The notes beneath the pieces were generated by a model. That model was not told the DNA's origin, did not search any database, and saw nothing but the letters and a program-made list of their open reading frames with translations. This document shows positions 47,352 through 57,623 of a DNA stretch of 64,000 bases, one piece after another (positions within the stretch are counted from its first letter, which is position 1; every line of letters begins with the position of its first letter). The stretch lies in the NCBI GenBank assembly GCA_046045965.1, contig JBJOKS010000015.1, positions 61,474 to 125,473 of the forward strand. The letters are read 5' to 3'. The position numbers and the translations under genes are program-made. The DNA comes from Cyanobacteriota bacterium. GTDB lineage: Bacteria > Cyanobacteriota > Cyanobacteriia > Cyanobacteriales > Nostocaceae.

Positions 47352-48776
47352 ATGTCTTACGTCTCCCTGCTGAAAAATATACCAGAAATATTAAGCCAAC
47401 CAACTGGGATAGCAGCTATAGCCTCTCTTGGCATCCACGGTGCTATTGCTTTGATTGTGCCATTAATGCCTGTTGATTCCAGTAAATCTTCAGAAACTGA
47501 CTCAACACAAGCAGTAGGATTAATGGAATTGAGTCCTGCTGACCAAAACCGATTGCCACAAACTGCCGATACATCCCAGGTGGCTTTACAACAACCCCAA
47601 CTACCGCTACAACCGCAAATTCCTCTGGTGAATTTTGGTAGCGAATCAGCAATCATCCCACCTCTAGAACCAGTTATACAACCACTTTTACCCAGCCAGT
47701 CGGTACTGCCACCCATCCCTACATCACCAGCTAACTATAATCTTTCTTACTTGCCTAGAAGGCAGCCTATCCAAAGATTTGCTCAAAACGATTTTAGAAC
47801 CCAAGTTTCTAATTTCCGCACCAGAAGTACATTTTCTCCCTCAGCGTCTCCTTTTGTTGATGATATAGATGCCAAAATTAAAGAAACACAACCACTTAAT
47901 ATAAACAGGTTGCCACAAGTTCAGGCAGATAATAAATTACCGACTGAACCCCTCATTAATCCATCTCCCGATGCTATTGATATTGGCTCTACAACACCAC
48001 AGGATGTTACTGAACCACAAAAAATTCAGCCTGGAGATACCCCAATTCAAGTTGCTGCAAATCCTCCATCTGACTTCCCTGTTGAACCATCTCAACAAGG
48101 TAAAGGTCAATTACTATCAGCGGCACCGATTGTAATTCCATCTACAGAAAGTTCAGCAAAGCAACCAACCCTAGTACCAACTGTCAGTCAGTCTGATTCT
48201 CAACCCCAGAAAAGTGAACAGTTACTGGCCAAGCTCAACTCTTATAACACCCTGAGAAACACGGTTCGGGAAGAATACCCCAACCTCAAGGAACAAGCAG
48301 TCATCCGTGAAACTATCTCTACAAATAAACGAGATATGGAAGGTACTGTTGTGGGTCGATTAGTTGTAGATCCTGATGGTAAAGTTTTAGATATCAAGTT
48401 CCAAGATCAGTCAGTAGCTCTGGAACTGCAATCCAAAACCAGGGCATTTTTCAACGCTAATCCACCTAAAGGTAAGAAACAGATTAGCTCTTATCCTTTC
48501 CAACTCAGGTTTACAAATAACAGCGATAAAAATATTCCCCAACAGGCTCCAGAACTGAAAGTTTCACCAAATCCAAATCCAGATGCTCAACAAGTATCTG
48601 AGCCACAAGAAAGAAAAAATCAGCAAAAGAATCAAGCTGTGGTCATTCCTAACGCATCACCTACACCTGTAGCTAGTGACGATCAGCCTACTTTCTCCAC
48701 TGAATCTGCTCAAAAGCTAATCAAACAGTTACGTCAACTCAAGGAAGAAAAACAAAACTCCAATCAAGAAAATTAA
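47352..48776 (+). CDS. Pro/Gln-rich membrane-anchored protein, TonB-like
   Basis: N-terminal TM with SxxxH (SLGIH), long Pro-rich linker, GTVVGRLVVDPDGKV resembling TonB-C. Confidence 0.7.
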   Translation: MSYVSLLKNIPEILSQPTGIAAIASLGIHGAIALIVPLMPVDSSKSSETDSTQAVGLMELSPADQNRLPQTADTSQVALQQPQLPLQPQIPLVNFGSESAIIPPLEPVIQPLLPSQSVLPPIPTSPANYNLSYLPRRQPIQRFAQNDFRTQVSNFRTRSTFSPSASPFVDDIDAKIKETQPLNINRLPQVQADNKLPTEPLINPSPDAIDIGSTTPQDVTEPQKIQPGDTPIQVAANPPSDFPVEPSQQGKGQLLSAAPIVIPSTESSAKQPTLVPTVSQSDSQPQKSEQLLAKLNSYNTLRNTVREEYPNLKEQAVIRETISTNKRDMEGTVVGRLVVDPDGKVLDIKFQDQSVALELQSKTRAFFNANPPKGKKQISSYPFQLRFTNNSDKNIPQQAPELKVSPNPNPDAQQVSEPQERKNQQKNQAVVIPNASPTPVASDDQPTFSTESAQKLIKQLRQLKEEKQNSNQEN

Positions 48777-48781
48777 GAATT

Positions 48782-48891
48782 CAGGAGGCAGGAGCCAGGA
48801 GCCAGGGGGCAGGAGCCAGGAGCCAGGAGCCAGGAGCCAGGAGCCAGGAGGATAAGATTTTTACCAATGTCCAATGCCCAATGCCCAATGC
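48782..48891. repeat. STRR heptamer repeats (CAGGAGC)n and (CCAATGC)n
   Basis: Tandem 7-mers between convergent genes. Confidence 0.88.
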
Positions 48892-48915
48892 TCTACAAAC
48901 TCACTCCCTTCTTAG

Positions 48916-49272
48916 CTACCACCCTGTTTCGGCTTTCTGGAAAACATAAGCGGCTACCTCCAGAATTTCCTGCTCGCTTAATTTATTCTTGAAGGAGGGC
49001 ATCGCACTTTTACCCTTTTGAACTTGGTTGATAATAGCTTGAATAGGGTCATGATCATAATTTTCTAAATATTGTGATAGTGCTGACTTTTTTAAAGTTT
49101 TATGTTCAACAAGTATATTACCTCCTCCTATATGGCAAGAAGCGCAATTAGCATGAAAAATTGTGTTGCCAGTAGATTTTTCTGCGGCTAAGGCTGGATA
49201 GGAGAATGTGAAGTTAAACAATAGGGCGATCGCTAACAATGCTGGCAATATTTTTAATAAAAGTATTCTCAA
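48916..49272 (-). CDS. Cytochrome c6-like protein
   Basis: Signal peptide (YPALA), CASCH, AMPSF axial Met, terminal GW. TTG start after GAGG. Confidence 0.9.
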   Translation of the reverse strand: MRILLLKILPALLAIALLFNFTFSYPALAAEKSTGNTIFHANCASCHIGGGNILVEHKTLKKSALSQYLENYDHDPIQAIINQVQKGKSAMPSFKNKLSEQEILEVAAYVFQKAETGW

Positions 49273-49434
49273 GAGATTTTCCTCGTAACAAGCACACCAC
49301 AACTGAAAAATCTTTGCCAGTAACCAATAAATATATAAATATATATAGCAGATAGCAGCGTGAGATATTTAATAACATCTCCAACTGTCGGATTTACTGT
49401 ATATTATAATACATAATTTTGTCAAACAGGATGA

Positions 49435-49628
49435 AGGGAACTCCAAAAATAAATAATCCAATTTCTGTCATCAAAACTTATAGCCGTGAACAGGGTGTTA
49501 GGACATGAATTGATCATGAAACTCCCACTACAAAAGGGTTTTACTCCTGACTCCTGTACGGGCGAATAGCCGTTCGCCCCTGCTCATCGCCATAAAAGCG
49601 TGGGATATTTTTTGATTTGGAAGTCCCT
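49435..49628. mobile_element. MITE with ~25-bp imperfect TIRs
   Basis: AGGGAACTCCAAAAATAAATAATCC / GGATATTTTTTGATTTGGAAGTCCCT; nested GGGCGAA..TTCGCCC hairpin. Confidence 0.72.
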
Positions 49629-49754
49629 AAAATTAGCGGTAACTAGTTTTCCCAATCTTTTTACCCAGGGATCAAACTCGTTACCGCACCTGTTTAGTAG
49701 TTTGCGCTACCTAATGAGCAAGAAAAATCATCAGGTGTCAAATTAGCAAGATTA

Positions 49755-50174
49755 TTAGCCTGCAACCATGATTTTACCAGCCATACCAGCACCACGGTGA
49801 GGTTGACAGTAGAAAACGTATTCACCTGTAGGTGCATCTGCGGCAAAGGTTGTTGTTACCTTCTGTCCAGGATTCAAAAGTAATTTAGTGTGAGACAAAG
49901 ATGCAGCTAAATCTTTATCCTTTGCGGGGTTTTTAGCAGGATCGAACACAACGTTATGGGGAGGAACTTTGTTGTTCAACCATTCAACTGTGTCACCAGG
50001 CTTAATAGTTAACTGTTTAGGTTCAAATACCAACAGTCCTTTGTCACTACCCAACGTGACCTGATATGTTTCGGCTGATGCGGTGGGAGTGAAAACGGCA
50101 AAGCTGCTTGCAACTAAAAGAACAGTCAATACTGCTAAAGTCAAGCGTCTCCAACTGGCGGCGATTAATTTCAT
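49755..50174 (-). CDS. petE: Plastocyanin
   Basis: Signal peptide, [18 protein letters not shown] copper ligands. Confidence 0.98.
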   Translation of the reverse strand: MKLIAASWRRLTLAVLTVLLVASSFAVFTPTASAETYQVTLGSDKGLLVFEPKQLTIKPGDTVEWLNNKVPPHNVVFDPAKNPAKDKDLAASLSHTKLLLNPGQKVTTTFAADAPTGEYVFYCQPHRGAGMAGKIMVAG

Positions 50175-50236
50175 GGCTCTCTCCTGAGATATAGTGTTAT
50201 TTTCCTGTTCTCATTTTAAATACAATTAACACCAAA

Positions 50237-50253
50237 TATGACAATCTGTCATA
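50237..50253. promoter_or_regulatory. Palindromic operator upstream of petE (putative PetR box)
   Basis: Perfect TATGACA-ATC-TGTCATA, containing GAC-N5-GTC. Confidence 0.7.
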
Positions 50254-50493
50254 GATGAATTTTTTTTTCAGAATTGGCGGTTATCAATAGCAAAGTAAAG
50301 TAGGGAATAAAATACAAAGTTCCTGGTCTTGCTGCCAGAGAGCAGATTCAAGTACAAGCAGTAAGCATAAGCAACCAAAGATGACAGTTATGCTTGAATG
50401 CACTCCGATATCAAGACCAGGAAATGAGATTTTTCCAAAGTAAGGGCAATATTGCCCCTACTTCAGAGAGTAAAAAAGCCAACTAGCAGATGT

Positions 50494-50985
50494 TTAGTAA
50501 TGAATCTTACCACCACCCCATTTAATACCAACGATTTTTGGCTGGACGAGAATATGTCCAGCGATCGCTGTTAAGTCATCATCGGTCAAATTTCTCATTT
50601 CTGTAAAGATATCCGCGCTCTTGATGCTGGGATGTATTTCAGAAATTTCCTCTTCCCCGTCGTAAGTTGTGGGATTTTTCATGTAGTCCACCAAGCCTTC
50701 AATGTTGTCACGCTTTGGTGTAGCCAGAGCCAAAGCTTCTGGTTCGAGTCCCACGTTTTGGTTAGTCTTAGTTACACCACCAGCATGACATTGAGCGCAG
50801 GTGTCATTAAATAATTTTTTACCTTTTGCCAGTTCTTTAAGGCTGACAACAACAGTATCACCTTTGTCATTCAATGGTACGGTTCTGGTAGCTTCACCCA
50901 GTTCCACTGCTGTTGCACTACCGATAAATAGCTGAAACGTCAGCAAAACAGTAGCAACAACAACGCTTATCAGTCTTCTAAACAT
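50494..50985 (-). CDS. psbV: Cytochrome c550 (photosystem II)
   Basis: CAQCH, DYMKNPTTYDG, HPSIKSADIF, WGGGKIHY. Confidence 0.98.
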   Translation of the reverse strand: MFRRLISVVVATVLLTFQLFIGSATAVELGEATRTVPLNDKGDTVVVSLKELAKGKKLFNDTCAQCHAGGVTKTNQNVGLEPEALALATPKRDNIEGLVDYMKNPTTYDGEEEISEIHPSIKSADIFTEMRNLTDDDLTAIAGHILVQPKIVGIKWGGGKIHY

Positions 50986-51032
50986 ATTTCCCCTTCAAGA
51001 TTTTAATGCTCAACACAGCTAAGACACTAATA

Positions 51033-51207
51033 GTTCCAAAAAGCATAGATATTGATCCGATGCTAAAAGTTGGCCGGTTATAACGCCGATGGGGAGAACT
51101 AGAACGCCCCTGATCCCTGGGCTAAAAGCTGTCGGGATTACTTTACGTAAAATGTTCAGGCTATCATTAACATCAGCATGAATCAGTTTACCATTAGCTG
51201 CTCTATG
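51033..51207 (-). mobile_element. tnpB: Second tnpB 3'-end / right-end remnant (IS605/IS1341 type)
   Basis: Translates RAANGKLIHADVNDSLNILRKVIPTAFSPGIRGVLVLP, like the TnpB C-terminal ADVNGSLNILRK; ends TTTGGAAC. Confidence 0.7.
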
Positions 51208-51322
51208 CTGTTGCTGAACTGAGTTTCTCCATAAGTAAGAATAGGGTTAAGAGTGAGTATTGGAATGGGGACATTTTATTTTTCGATACAAATCTTTATA
51301 AAAAAATTTACAAACTGTAAAG

Positions 51323-52159
51323 TTAACCTTTTCCTCCTGTAAAAGTTACGCCTTGAATAAAATAGCGGTTGAAAAAGGCATAAATTCCCAAAACTGGTAG
51401 AGTGAATACCATAGAAGCGGCCATGATGTAATTCCAATAGCTGATATATTGACCTTTGAAAGTATTTAGTCCCAAGGGTAGAGTAAACATCTCCGGGTCA
51501 AATAAGATCACCAAAGGTAGTATAAAATTATTCCAACTGCCCATAAAGACAAAAACAGCTTGTGCTGCTAGTGCTGGTTTAGCTAGGGGTAAAACAATAT
51601 CTCGAAAAATCTCGCAGGTGTTTAAACCATCTAGTTGACCAGCTTCTTCTAATTCTTGAGGAAAATTGACAAAAAACTGCCGCATCATAAAGATGAAAGT
51701 AGCATTAACCATACTAGGAACAATCATGCCTTGATAAGAATTGAGCCAACCTAATGCTTTTAAAATTAAAAATGTGGGAATTAAAGTGATTTGTGCGGGT
51801 ATTGCTAGTACAGCTAAAATCAAAAAGAACCAAAAGCGTTTACCCACAAATCGCAATCGTGCTAAAGCATAACCAGCCATTGAATTTAAAATTAAGTTTA
51901 AAAGCGTGACACTAACAGCAATTACTACACTGTTAAATAACCACCGAAAAAATAGCGGTTCTTGGAGAAAAATTTGCTTGTAGTTATCGAGAGTGAAATT
52001 TTTGGGGATAAAATTTGGCTCACCGTTGATAATTTCTGAAAGAGGTTTAAAGGATGCAGAAAGCGCCCAGAAGAAAGGAAGTAGTGTAATTACAGCATAG
52101 ATGATTAAAACTAAATATAAGAGGAATTTCAACCAGGGAAAGCGATAAATTTGATTCAT
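51323..52159 (-). CDS. Carbohydrate ABC transporter permease (MalG-like)
   Basis: AGYALARL, FPQELEEAGQLDG EAA motif, WNNF. Confidence 0.95.
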   Translation of the reverse strand: MNQIYRFPWLKFLLYLVLIIYAVITLLPFFWALSASFKPLSEIINGEPNFIPKNFTLDNYKQIFLQEPLFFRWLFNSVVIAVSVTLLNLILNSMAGYALARLRFVGKRFWFFLILAVLAIPAQITLIPTFLILKALGWLNSYQGMIVPSMVNATFIFMMRQFFVNFPQELEEAGQLDGLNTCEIFRDIVLPLAKPALAAQAVFVFMGSWNNFILPLVILFDPEMFTLPLGLNTFKGQYISYWNYIMAASMVFTLPVLGIYAFFNRYFIQGVTFTGGKG

Positions 52160-53064
52160 ATTTTTTCACCCGCAAATATTCGCCGCTGAATCAAAGTTAT
52201 AATAATGATTACTGCTGCAAGTAAAAAAGCAATAGCTGCTGCATATCCTAATTGTAAATTTCTAAATACAGCTTGATAAATTAGTAATACGACTGTCAAA
52301 GTAGCGTTATTTGGTCCACCAGTTCCGCCTGAGAAAATATAAGATTGGTCAAATAATTGAAAAGTGCCAATTATTCCTACTGCTAACACAAAAAAAGTCA
52401 CAGGTTGCAGTAAAGGAATAGTAATACTAATAAACTGATCCCAGCCATTTGCACCATCTAAACTTGCTGCTTCATAAAGTGTTTGGGGAATATCTTGTAA
52501 AGCTGCTAAATAAATCACCATGTAAAAAGGTGCAGTTGACCAAATATTCATGATCATAATGCCTTTTAATGCAACTGCTGGATCTCCTAACCAGTTATAG
52601 GTAGGTAGTCCAAAAAAAGCGAGAAAATTATTTAATAAACCATTGGTATTATAAATCCACATAAAGATGAGTGTTAACACCGCTGATGATGTGACTGTGG
52701 GTAAAAAATAGAGAATTCGCCACCAGTTTTTTCCACGAATACCAGAATTTAAAGTTACAGCTAAAATCAAAGCTAAAATAGTTTGACTGGGGACAACAAC
52801 AGCAACATATTCGACTGTATTTTTTAACGCAATTCCTAGTTGTTCGTCTTCTAGCAAACGGGTGAAATTGCGAAAGCCAATAAATTGATATTTAATATCG
52901 CCTAAAAGTTGTACTTTGTGGAGGGAAAGAAAGACAGCGTAGAGGATGGGGAGGATAACGAAAGTACCTAAAACGAGAATTGTGGGCATCATGAACAGAT
53001 ACCCGGCTAGGTTTTCGGTAAATTTCCAGCGTTGGTTGCGGTGTTGTCTGTTAATGGGAAACAC
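52156..53064 (-). CDS. Carbohydrate ABC transporter permease (MalF-like)
   Basis: FIGFRNF, LQDIPQTLYEAASLDGA, GYAAAIA. Confidence 0.95.
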   Translation of the reverse strand: MFPINRQHRNQRWKFTENLAGYLFMMPTILVLGTFVILPILYAVFLSLHKVQLLGDIKYQFIGFRNFTRLLEDEQLGIALKNTVEYVAVVVPSQTILALILAVTLNSGIRGKNWWRILYFLPTVTSSAVLTLIFMWIYNTNGLLNNFLAFFGLPTYNWLGDPAVALKGIMIMNIWSTAPFYMVIYLAALQDIPQTLYEAASLDGANGWDQFISITIPLLQPVTFFVLAVGIIGTFQLFDQSYIFSGGTGGPNNATLTVVLLIYQAVFRNLQLGYAAAIAFLLAAVIIIITLIQRRIFAGEKI

Positions 53065-53105
53065 AACTAGACCTCGATAATTTTTTATAATTTTACAGCT
53101 TATAT

Positions 53106-53241
53106 CTCGTTCCCAGTCTCTGACTGGGAATGCCTACTGGGAGGTTCTACCTCCTATCTAAAATTCGTCTTCAGTGTATTTTCACAATAACAGAAGGCAG
53201 AGCCTTCTAAAAAGCATTCCCAGGTAGAACCTGGGAACGAG
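53106..53241. repeat. Multi-hairpin REP-like/MITE element
   Basis: CTCGTTCCCAG...CTGGGAACGAG termini with internal hairpins. Confidence 0.8.
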
Positions 53242-53328
53242 GGATGGGTAAGTAGTGATTATACACAAGAAAGGAAAGAATGTTTAGATCAAGTTACAAG
53301 AAAAGAATTTTGGCAATACCTCTAATTT

Positions 53329-56085
53329 TCACCTAATTGATAGGACTTTTTGAAGAGAGTCTAAATTAATTGGTTTGGCAATATAATCATTCATCCCAGA
53401 ATCTAAACAAATTTGGCGATCGCTATCCATTGCATTAGCTGTCATAGCAATAATATAAGGTTGTTGATCTTGAGGATAATGATCTCGAATCCACCTAGTA
53501 ACTTCTAAACCATCCATTTCTGGCATTTGTACATCCATGAAAATTACATCATAGTATTGACGTTGTAAAGCTGCAATTACTTCTAATCCATTCGTTGCTA
53601 CATCAGCCTGATATCCTAATTTTTTTAAACTTAATAAAGCTACTTTTTGGTTAACTTTATTGTCCTCTGCTAAAAGTATTTTTATGGACTTGTTTTCCTG
53701 TTGTGCGACATCTAAAGATTGGGGTATTTGAGTTGTATTTATTAGAGATACTTCTGTGACAATAGGAACAGTAATTGTAAAATAAAAAGTTGAACCTACA
53801 CCCACTTCACTTTCTACCCACATCGAACCTCCCATCATCTCTACTAATGATTTACTAATTGCTAAACCTAATCCTGTACCTCCATATTTGCGACTTGTGG
53901 AAGCATCTAATTGACTAAAAGATTGAAACAGCCTGTTTTGACGTTCTAAGGGAATACCAATACCTGTATCTCTCACTACAAATTGAATTTGATACAAAGT
54001 TCGAATTTTGCTTTGTGGGATATTATTAGGATTTTCATTTTGTTTAATTTCGTGACTATTAACAGTTAATGTAACTGTTCCTGTAGCAGTGAATTTGATA
54101 GCATTACCTAATAAGTTAATTAAAATCTGTCTAATGCGATTTACATCCCCTAAAAATATACTAGGACTATTTTCGGGATAATTATAAGATAAGGTTAATT
54201 GTTTGGAATTTGCTTGAAATTCTAATAACTTTATGACATTTTCTATACAATCTTGTAGATTAAAAGCGTGACTTTCTAAGTCTACCTTACCTGATTCTAT
54301 TTTAGAAAAATCCAGAATATCATTAATAATTGTTAGTAAACTATCTCCACTACCACGAACCGTTTCTATCAAATCCCTTTGTTCTGAAGTTAAATCAGTA
54401 TTTAACAATAAATCAGTCATCCCAATTACTCCATTCATGGGAGTACGAATTTCATGACTCATCATTGCTAAAAAAGAACTTTTAGCATTATTAGCTTGCT
54501 CTGCTTCTTGTCTTGCTTTTTCTAAATCAGCATTTTTATGAGCAAGTTCTTCTGTTCTTTCTGCAACTTTAATTTCTAATTTTGCACCATTCTCTTTAAC
54601 CTTTTCTAATAGTGTTGCCTGTTGAATACCTACAGCTAATTGTATTTCTAATTTTTCTAAAAATTCTACTTCCTCCATTAACCAATCTCTGGTATCATTA
54701 CATTGATAAACACAAAGTAGTCCCCATAATTCTTGGTCAAAAATTAAAGGGGCAATTATATAGGATCTGATTTGTAATTTTTCTAAAAATTCTACATGAC
54801 AAGGTGTTAAATTAGCTTGATAAATATCAGCAACTCTTGTAATATTGCCATCAATCAGAGTTTTTAACCATTCTGATTCAAAAGATTCCTCTTGAATAAA
54901 ATCATTGTGATGAATTATAGATAATTCTGGTGTAATGACAGATTCAACTTCAATTTTCCCCTGCCATTGTCTAGTAAACCTGTAGATAATCACCCTTTCT
55001 ACTTTTAAGAACTGGCGAATTTCATCAACCGCCGTTTGCATAATAGTAGTTAAATCCAAGGATGAACGAATTTTTAAGGCAATATCAAATAGTATTTTTT
55101 CTTTTCTTGCTGATAAAATTAAATTTGCTTGTTGTTCATCAACTTGTTGTTGTAAATTTATATTTAATTGTTTTAATAGGTGATTTTTTTCATTTTCTAG
55201 CGTTTCTATTTTGTGCTTTAACACTGAAACCACACTATCTATTTCTCTGGGGTCTACTGCTTGTAAAACACTGGTTTGTGTAATAATACCTATTAATTCT
55301 TCTGCTCGATTAGCTACTACTAATCTTCTCAAATTATACTTCTCCATAATTTGGTGTGCATCCCACAGAGATTTGTTAGGAGAAACCAAATTTAACGGAT
55401 AACTCATTACTTCTAATGCTGTTAATCTGCCAAGATCAAGGCGTAATGATTGAAAATTAACAATATCTCTTTCTGTAATTATTCCTAAAGGTTTAACAGT
55501 ATTTTTAGGAGTAGGTTCGCCAATAATAATACAACTCACTCTATGCTGTGCCATAAGTTGGACTATTTCTGAAACCTTCTGATGAGGTTGAGCATAAATA
55601 CTCTGTTTAATCATCACATCATTTACATAGCGATGTTTTAATAAATCTAAGGGTTGTAAATTAGCTCTAATACTACTGGGTGTAACAATACCAATCGCTT
55701 TTTTTTGCTCATTGAGAATAGGAAGATGACGGATTTTGTATTCCTTAAATAAATCAATAAGATCACAAATATTCCCAAGTTCTGATATTTGACGGGTAAT
55801 TAATTCCTTAGTCATCACTTCAGAAACTGTTAAAGATTCAAATGATAAGTTTTGTACTGATACTCTAACAATATCTCTTTCAGTAATTAATCCTATTAAA
55901 TGATTATTTTCTTCAACCAAAGTGCAACTTACTTTAACTTTTTCAATGGGGTTTTCTGGGTCCAGACTTATTCCTAGACTCATTCGCTGAATTGTATCAA
56001 TAAGCCTTGTATTAGGATTAACAGTAATAAAACTTTTGTTGATATATTTAAATTTATTTCCTTGTACAAGATAATTAATAGACAT
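53329..56085 (-). CDS. Hybrid sensor kinase: 4xCBS-GAF-HisKA-HATPase-receiver
   Basis: [21 protein letters not shown] motifs, GAF with [25 protein letters not shown], receiver AEDN..MDVQMP. Confidence 0.95.
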   Translation of the reverse strand: MSINYLVQGNKFKYINKSFITVNPNTRLIDTIQRMSLGISLDPENPIEKVKVSCTLVEENNHLIGLITERDIVRVSVQNLSFESLTVSEVMTKELITRQISELGNICDLIDLFKEYKIRHLPILNEQKKAIGIVTPSSIRANLQPLDLLKHRYVNDVMIKQSIYAQPHQKVSEIVQLMAQHRVSCIIIGEPTPKNTVKPLGIITERDIVNFQSLRLDLGRLTALEVMSYPLNLVSPNKSLWDAHQIMEKYNLRRLVVANRAEELIGIITQTSVLQAVDPREIDSVVSVLKHKIETLENEKNHLLKQLNINLQQQVDEQQANLILSARKEKILFDIALKIRSSLDLTTIMQTAVDEIRQFLKVERVIIYRFTRQWQGKIEVESVITPELSIIHHNDFIQEESFESEWLKTLIDGNITRVADIYQANLTPCHVEFLEKLQIRSYIIAPLIFDQELWGLLCVYQCNDTRDWLMEEVEFLEKLEIQLAVGIQQATLLEKVKENGAKLEIKVAERTEELAHKNADLEKARQEAEQANNAKSSFLAMMSHEIRTPMNGVIGMTDLLLNTDLTSEQRDLIETVRGSGDSLLTIINDILDFSKIESGKVDLESHAFNLQDCIENVIKLLEFQANSKQLTLSYNYPENSPSIFLGDVNRIRQILINLLGNAIKFTATGTVTLTVNSHEIKQNENPNNIPQSKIRTLYQIQFVVRDTGIGIPLERQNRLFQSFSQLDASTSRKYGGTGLGLAISKSLVEMMGGSMWVESEVGVGSTFYFTITVPIVTEVSLINTTQIPQSLDVAQQENKSIKILLAEDNKVNQKVALLSLKKLGYQADVATNGLEVIAALQRQYYDVIFMDVQMPEMDGLEVTRWIRDHYPQDQQPYIIAMTANAMDSDRQICLDSGMNDYIAKPINLDSLQKVLSIR

Positions 56086-56220
56086 AGTAGATTAGATTTA
56101 ATGAAATGAAGTATTTTTACGGTTGATAGTTTTGCAATTATAACCATTAATTGTTGTTTTCCGCAATAATACTAGGTAAAAAAGTTGAAATTTATAACTT
56201 TGTTTAGGTCAAGGATTACC

Positions 56221-57465
56221 TTACTCCATCATTTTAATCTGCTGATTAGCATTATTTTCCGCCCTCAACATCGCCTGTTTTAAAGACTGTTCCCCCAACA
56301 AAGCACTTAAAAACTGATTATCAAAATTATTCACAATTGCTGCTGGATATTCCCCTACTTGCCAAGGTGTAGCATAATCAACACCCGCTACTAAAGCAGA
56401 CCTTAAATAATCTTGATCATAACCTAATTTCTGTGCTACAGATTTACGAGTCGGTAAAGCAAAACCTGTTCCTGTCCACTTTTCCATTCCTTCTTTACCA
56501 GTGAGATAAGAAATTAATTCCCAAGCTGCTTTTTTATGTTTTGTTTGTTTATTCATCACATAAGCGACAGTATAAACCATCGTGCCTTTTTTATTATTAA
56601 TTGTTGGAACTTCTGCTGTTGCAAAATCTATCTGCGGAAAGGTTTCTTGAAGATAAGGAATAGCCCAGTTACCTTCAATTACCATTGATACTTTACCTTG
56701 ACCAAACATATCAATACCAGAACTAGCACCAACATCAGATGGAAGGACTGAAGTTTGGTTTTTTCGATATTGATCTATTACTAACTGCAAACCTTGTAAA
56801 GCTGCTTGACTAGCAAAGGTAGCATTACCATTTTTATCAATTAACTTTCCGCCAAAAGCTTGAATTTTGTAAACATGGCGTGATATTTCTGGACTTTCAC
56901 CAAAGCCGTATCTATTAAGTTTACCTGTTAATTTTCGAGAGTAAATTAATAGTTGTTCCCAAGTAGTTGGCGGTTTATTTAAACCTAATTTTTTCAAGGC
57001 TTTTTTGTTATAAAATAAAGCCAAGGTAGAATAATCTTTAGGAATGCCGTAAATATGATTTTGATATCTAAATATTTTCAATAATTCTTGATCAAAATCT
57101 TGTAAATCAAATTCATCACTGATGTAATTATTTAGAGGTTCTAAAACATTTTTACTCATCAAAAAAGGAGCTTCTAACGCATCTAAATAAAATACATCAG
57201 GTGCTGCTTCGCCAATTAAGCGAGTTTTAATTACATCCATGTATTGATCAGAAATTACTTCATATTTAACTTTGATCTGGGGATGCTTTGTTTCAAAGTT
57301 TTGTAATACCTGTTTGAGAAGTTTTTGTTCTACAGGAGAACCACCCCAACCACTGAGTTTAATACTAACTGATGATGTGCTGGGTGGTAGAAGATGACAA
57401 CTTATAACGATGATAGCCACAGTTATGACTAATGACCAAAATTTTAACCATTTGCGTTTGTTCAC
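56221..57465 (-). CDS. Carbohydrate ABC transporter substrate-binding lipoprotein
   Basis: Lipobox-like IISC, APDVFY, YGIPKD..LFYNK, GKVSMVIEGNW. Confidence 0.93.
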   Translation of the reverse strand: MNKRKWLKFWSLVITVAIIVISCHLLPPSTSSVSIKLSGWGGSPVEQKLLKQVLQNFETKHPQIKVKYEVISDQYMDVIKTRLIGEAAPDVFYLDALEAPFLMSKNVLEPLNNYISDEFDLQDFDQELLKIFRYQNHIYGIPKDYSTLALFYNKKALKKLGLNKPPTTWEQLLIYSRKLTGKLNRYGFGESPEISRHVYKIQAFGGKLIDKNGNATFASQAALQGLQLVIDQYRKNQTSVLPSDVGASSGIDMFGQGKVSMVIEGNWAIPYLQETFPQIDFATAEVPTINNKKGTMVYTVAYVMNKQTKHKKAAWELISYLTGKEGMEKWTGTGFALPTRKSVAQKLGYDQDYLRSALVAGVDYATPWQVGEYPAAIVNNFDNQFLSALLGEQSLKQAMLRAENNANQQIKMME

Positions 57466-57623
57466 GGTCAGGTAAAAGTTTATCTTTCCTCCTTTATAGC
57501 TTTTGTAACTCTGGACTGATATTTAAGCAGTTTAAAGTTTTGTTGAGAAATAATAGATAAAATAACAAATAATTGTCATTCACTCAATTTGTGTTATGTT
57601 GCGTCATCTGTAGATGATATTTT

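Noticed and set aside
47352..48776. Naming this gene tonB or sjdR
   Set aside because: Only general TonB-like features are visible; orthology cannot be established by eye.
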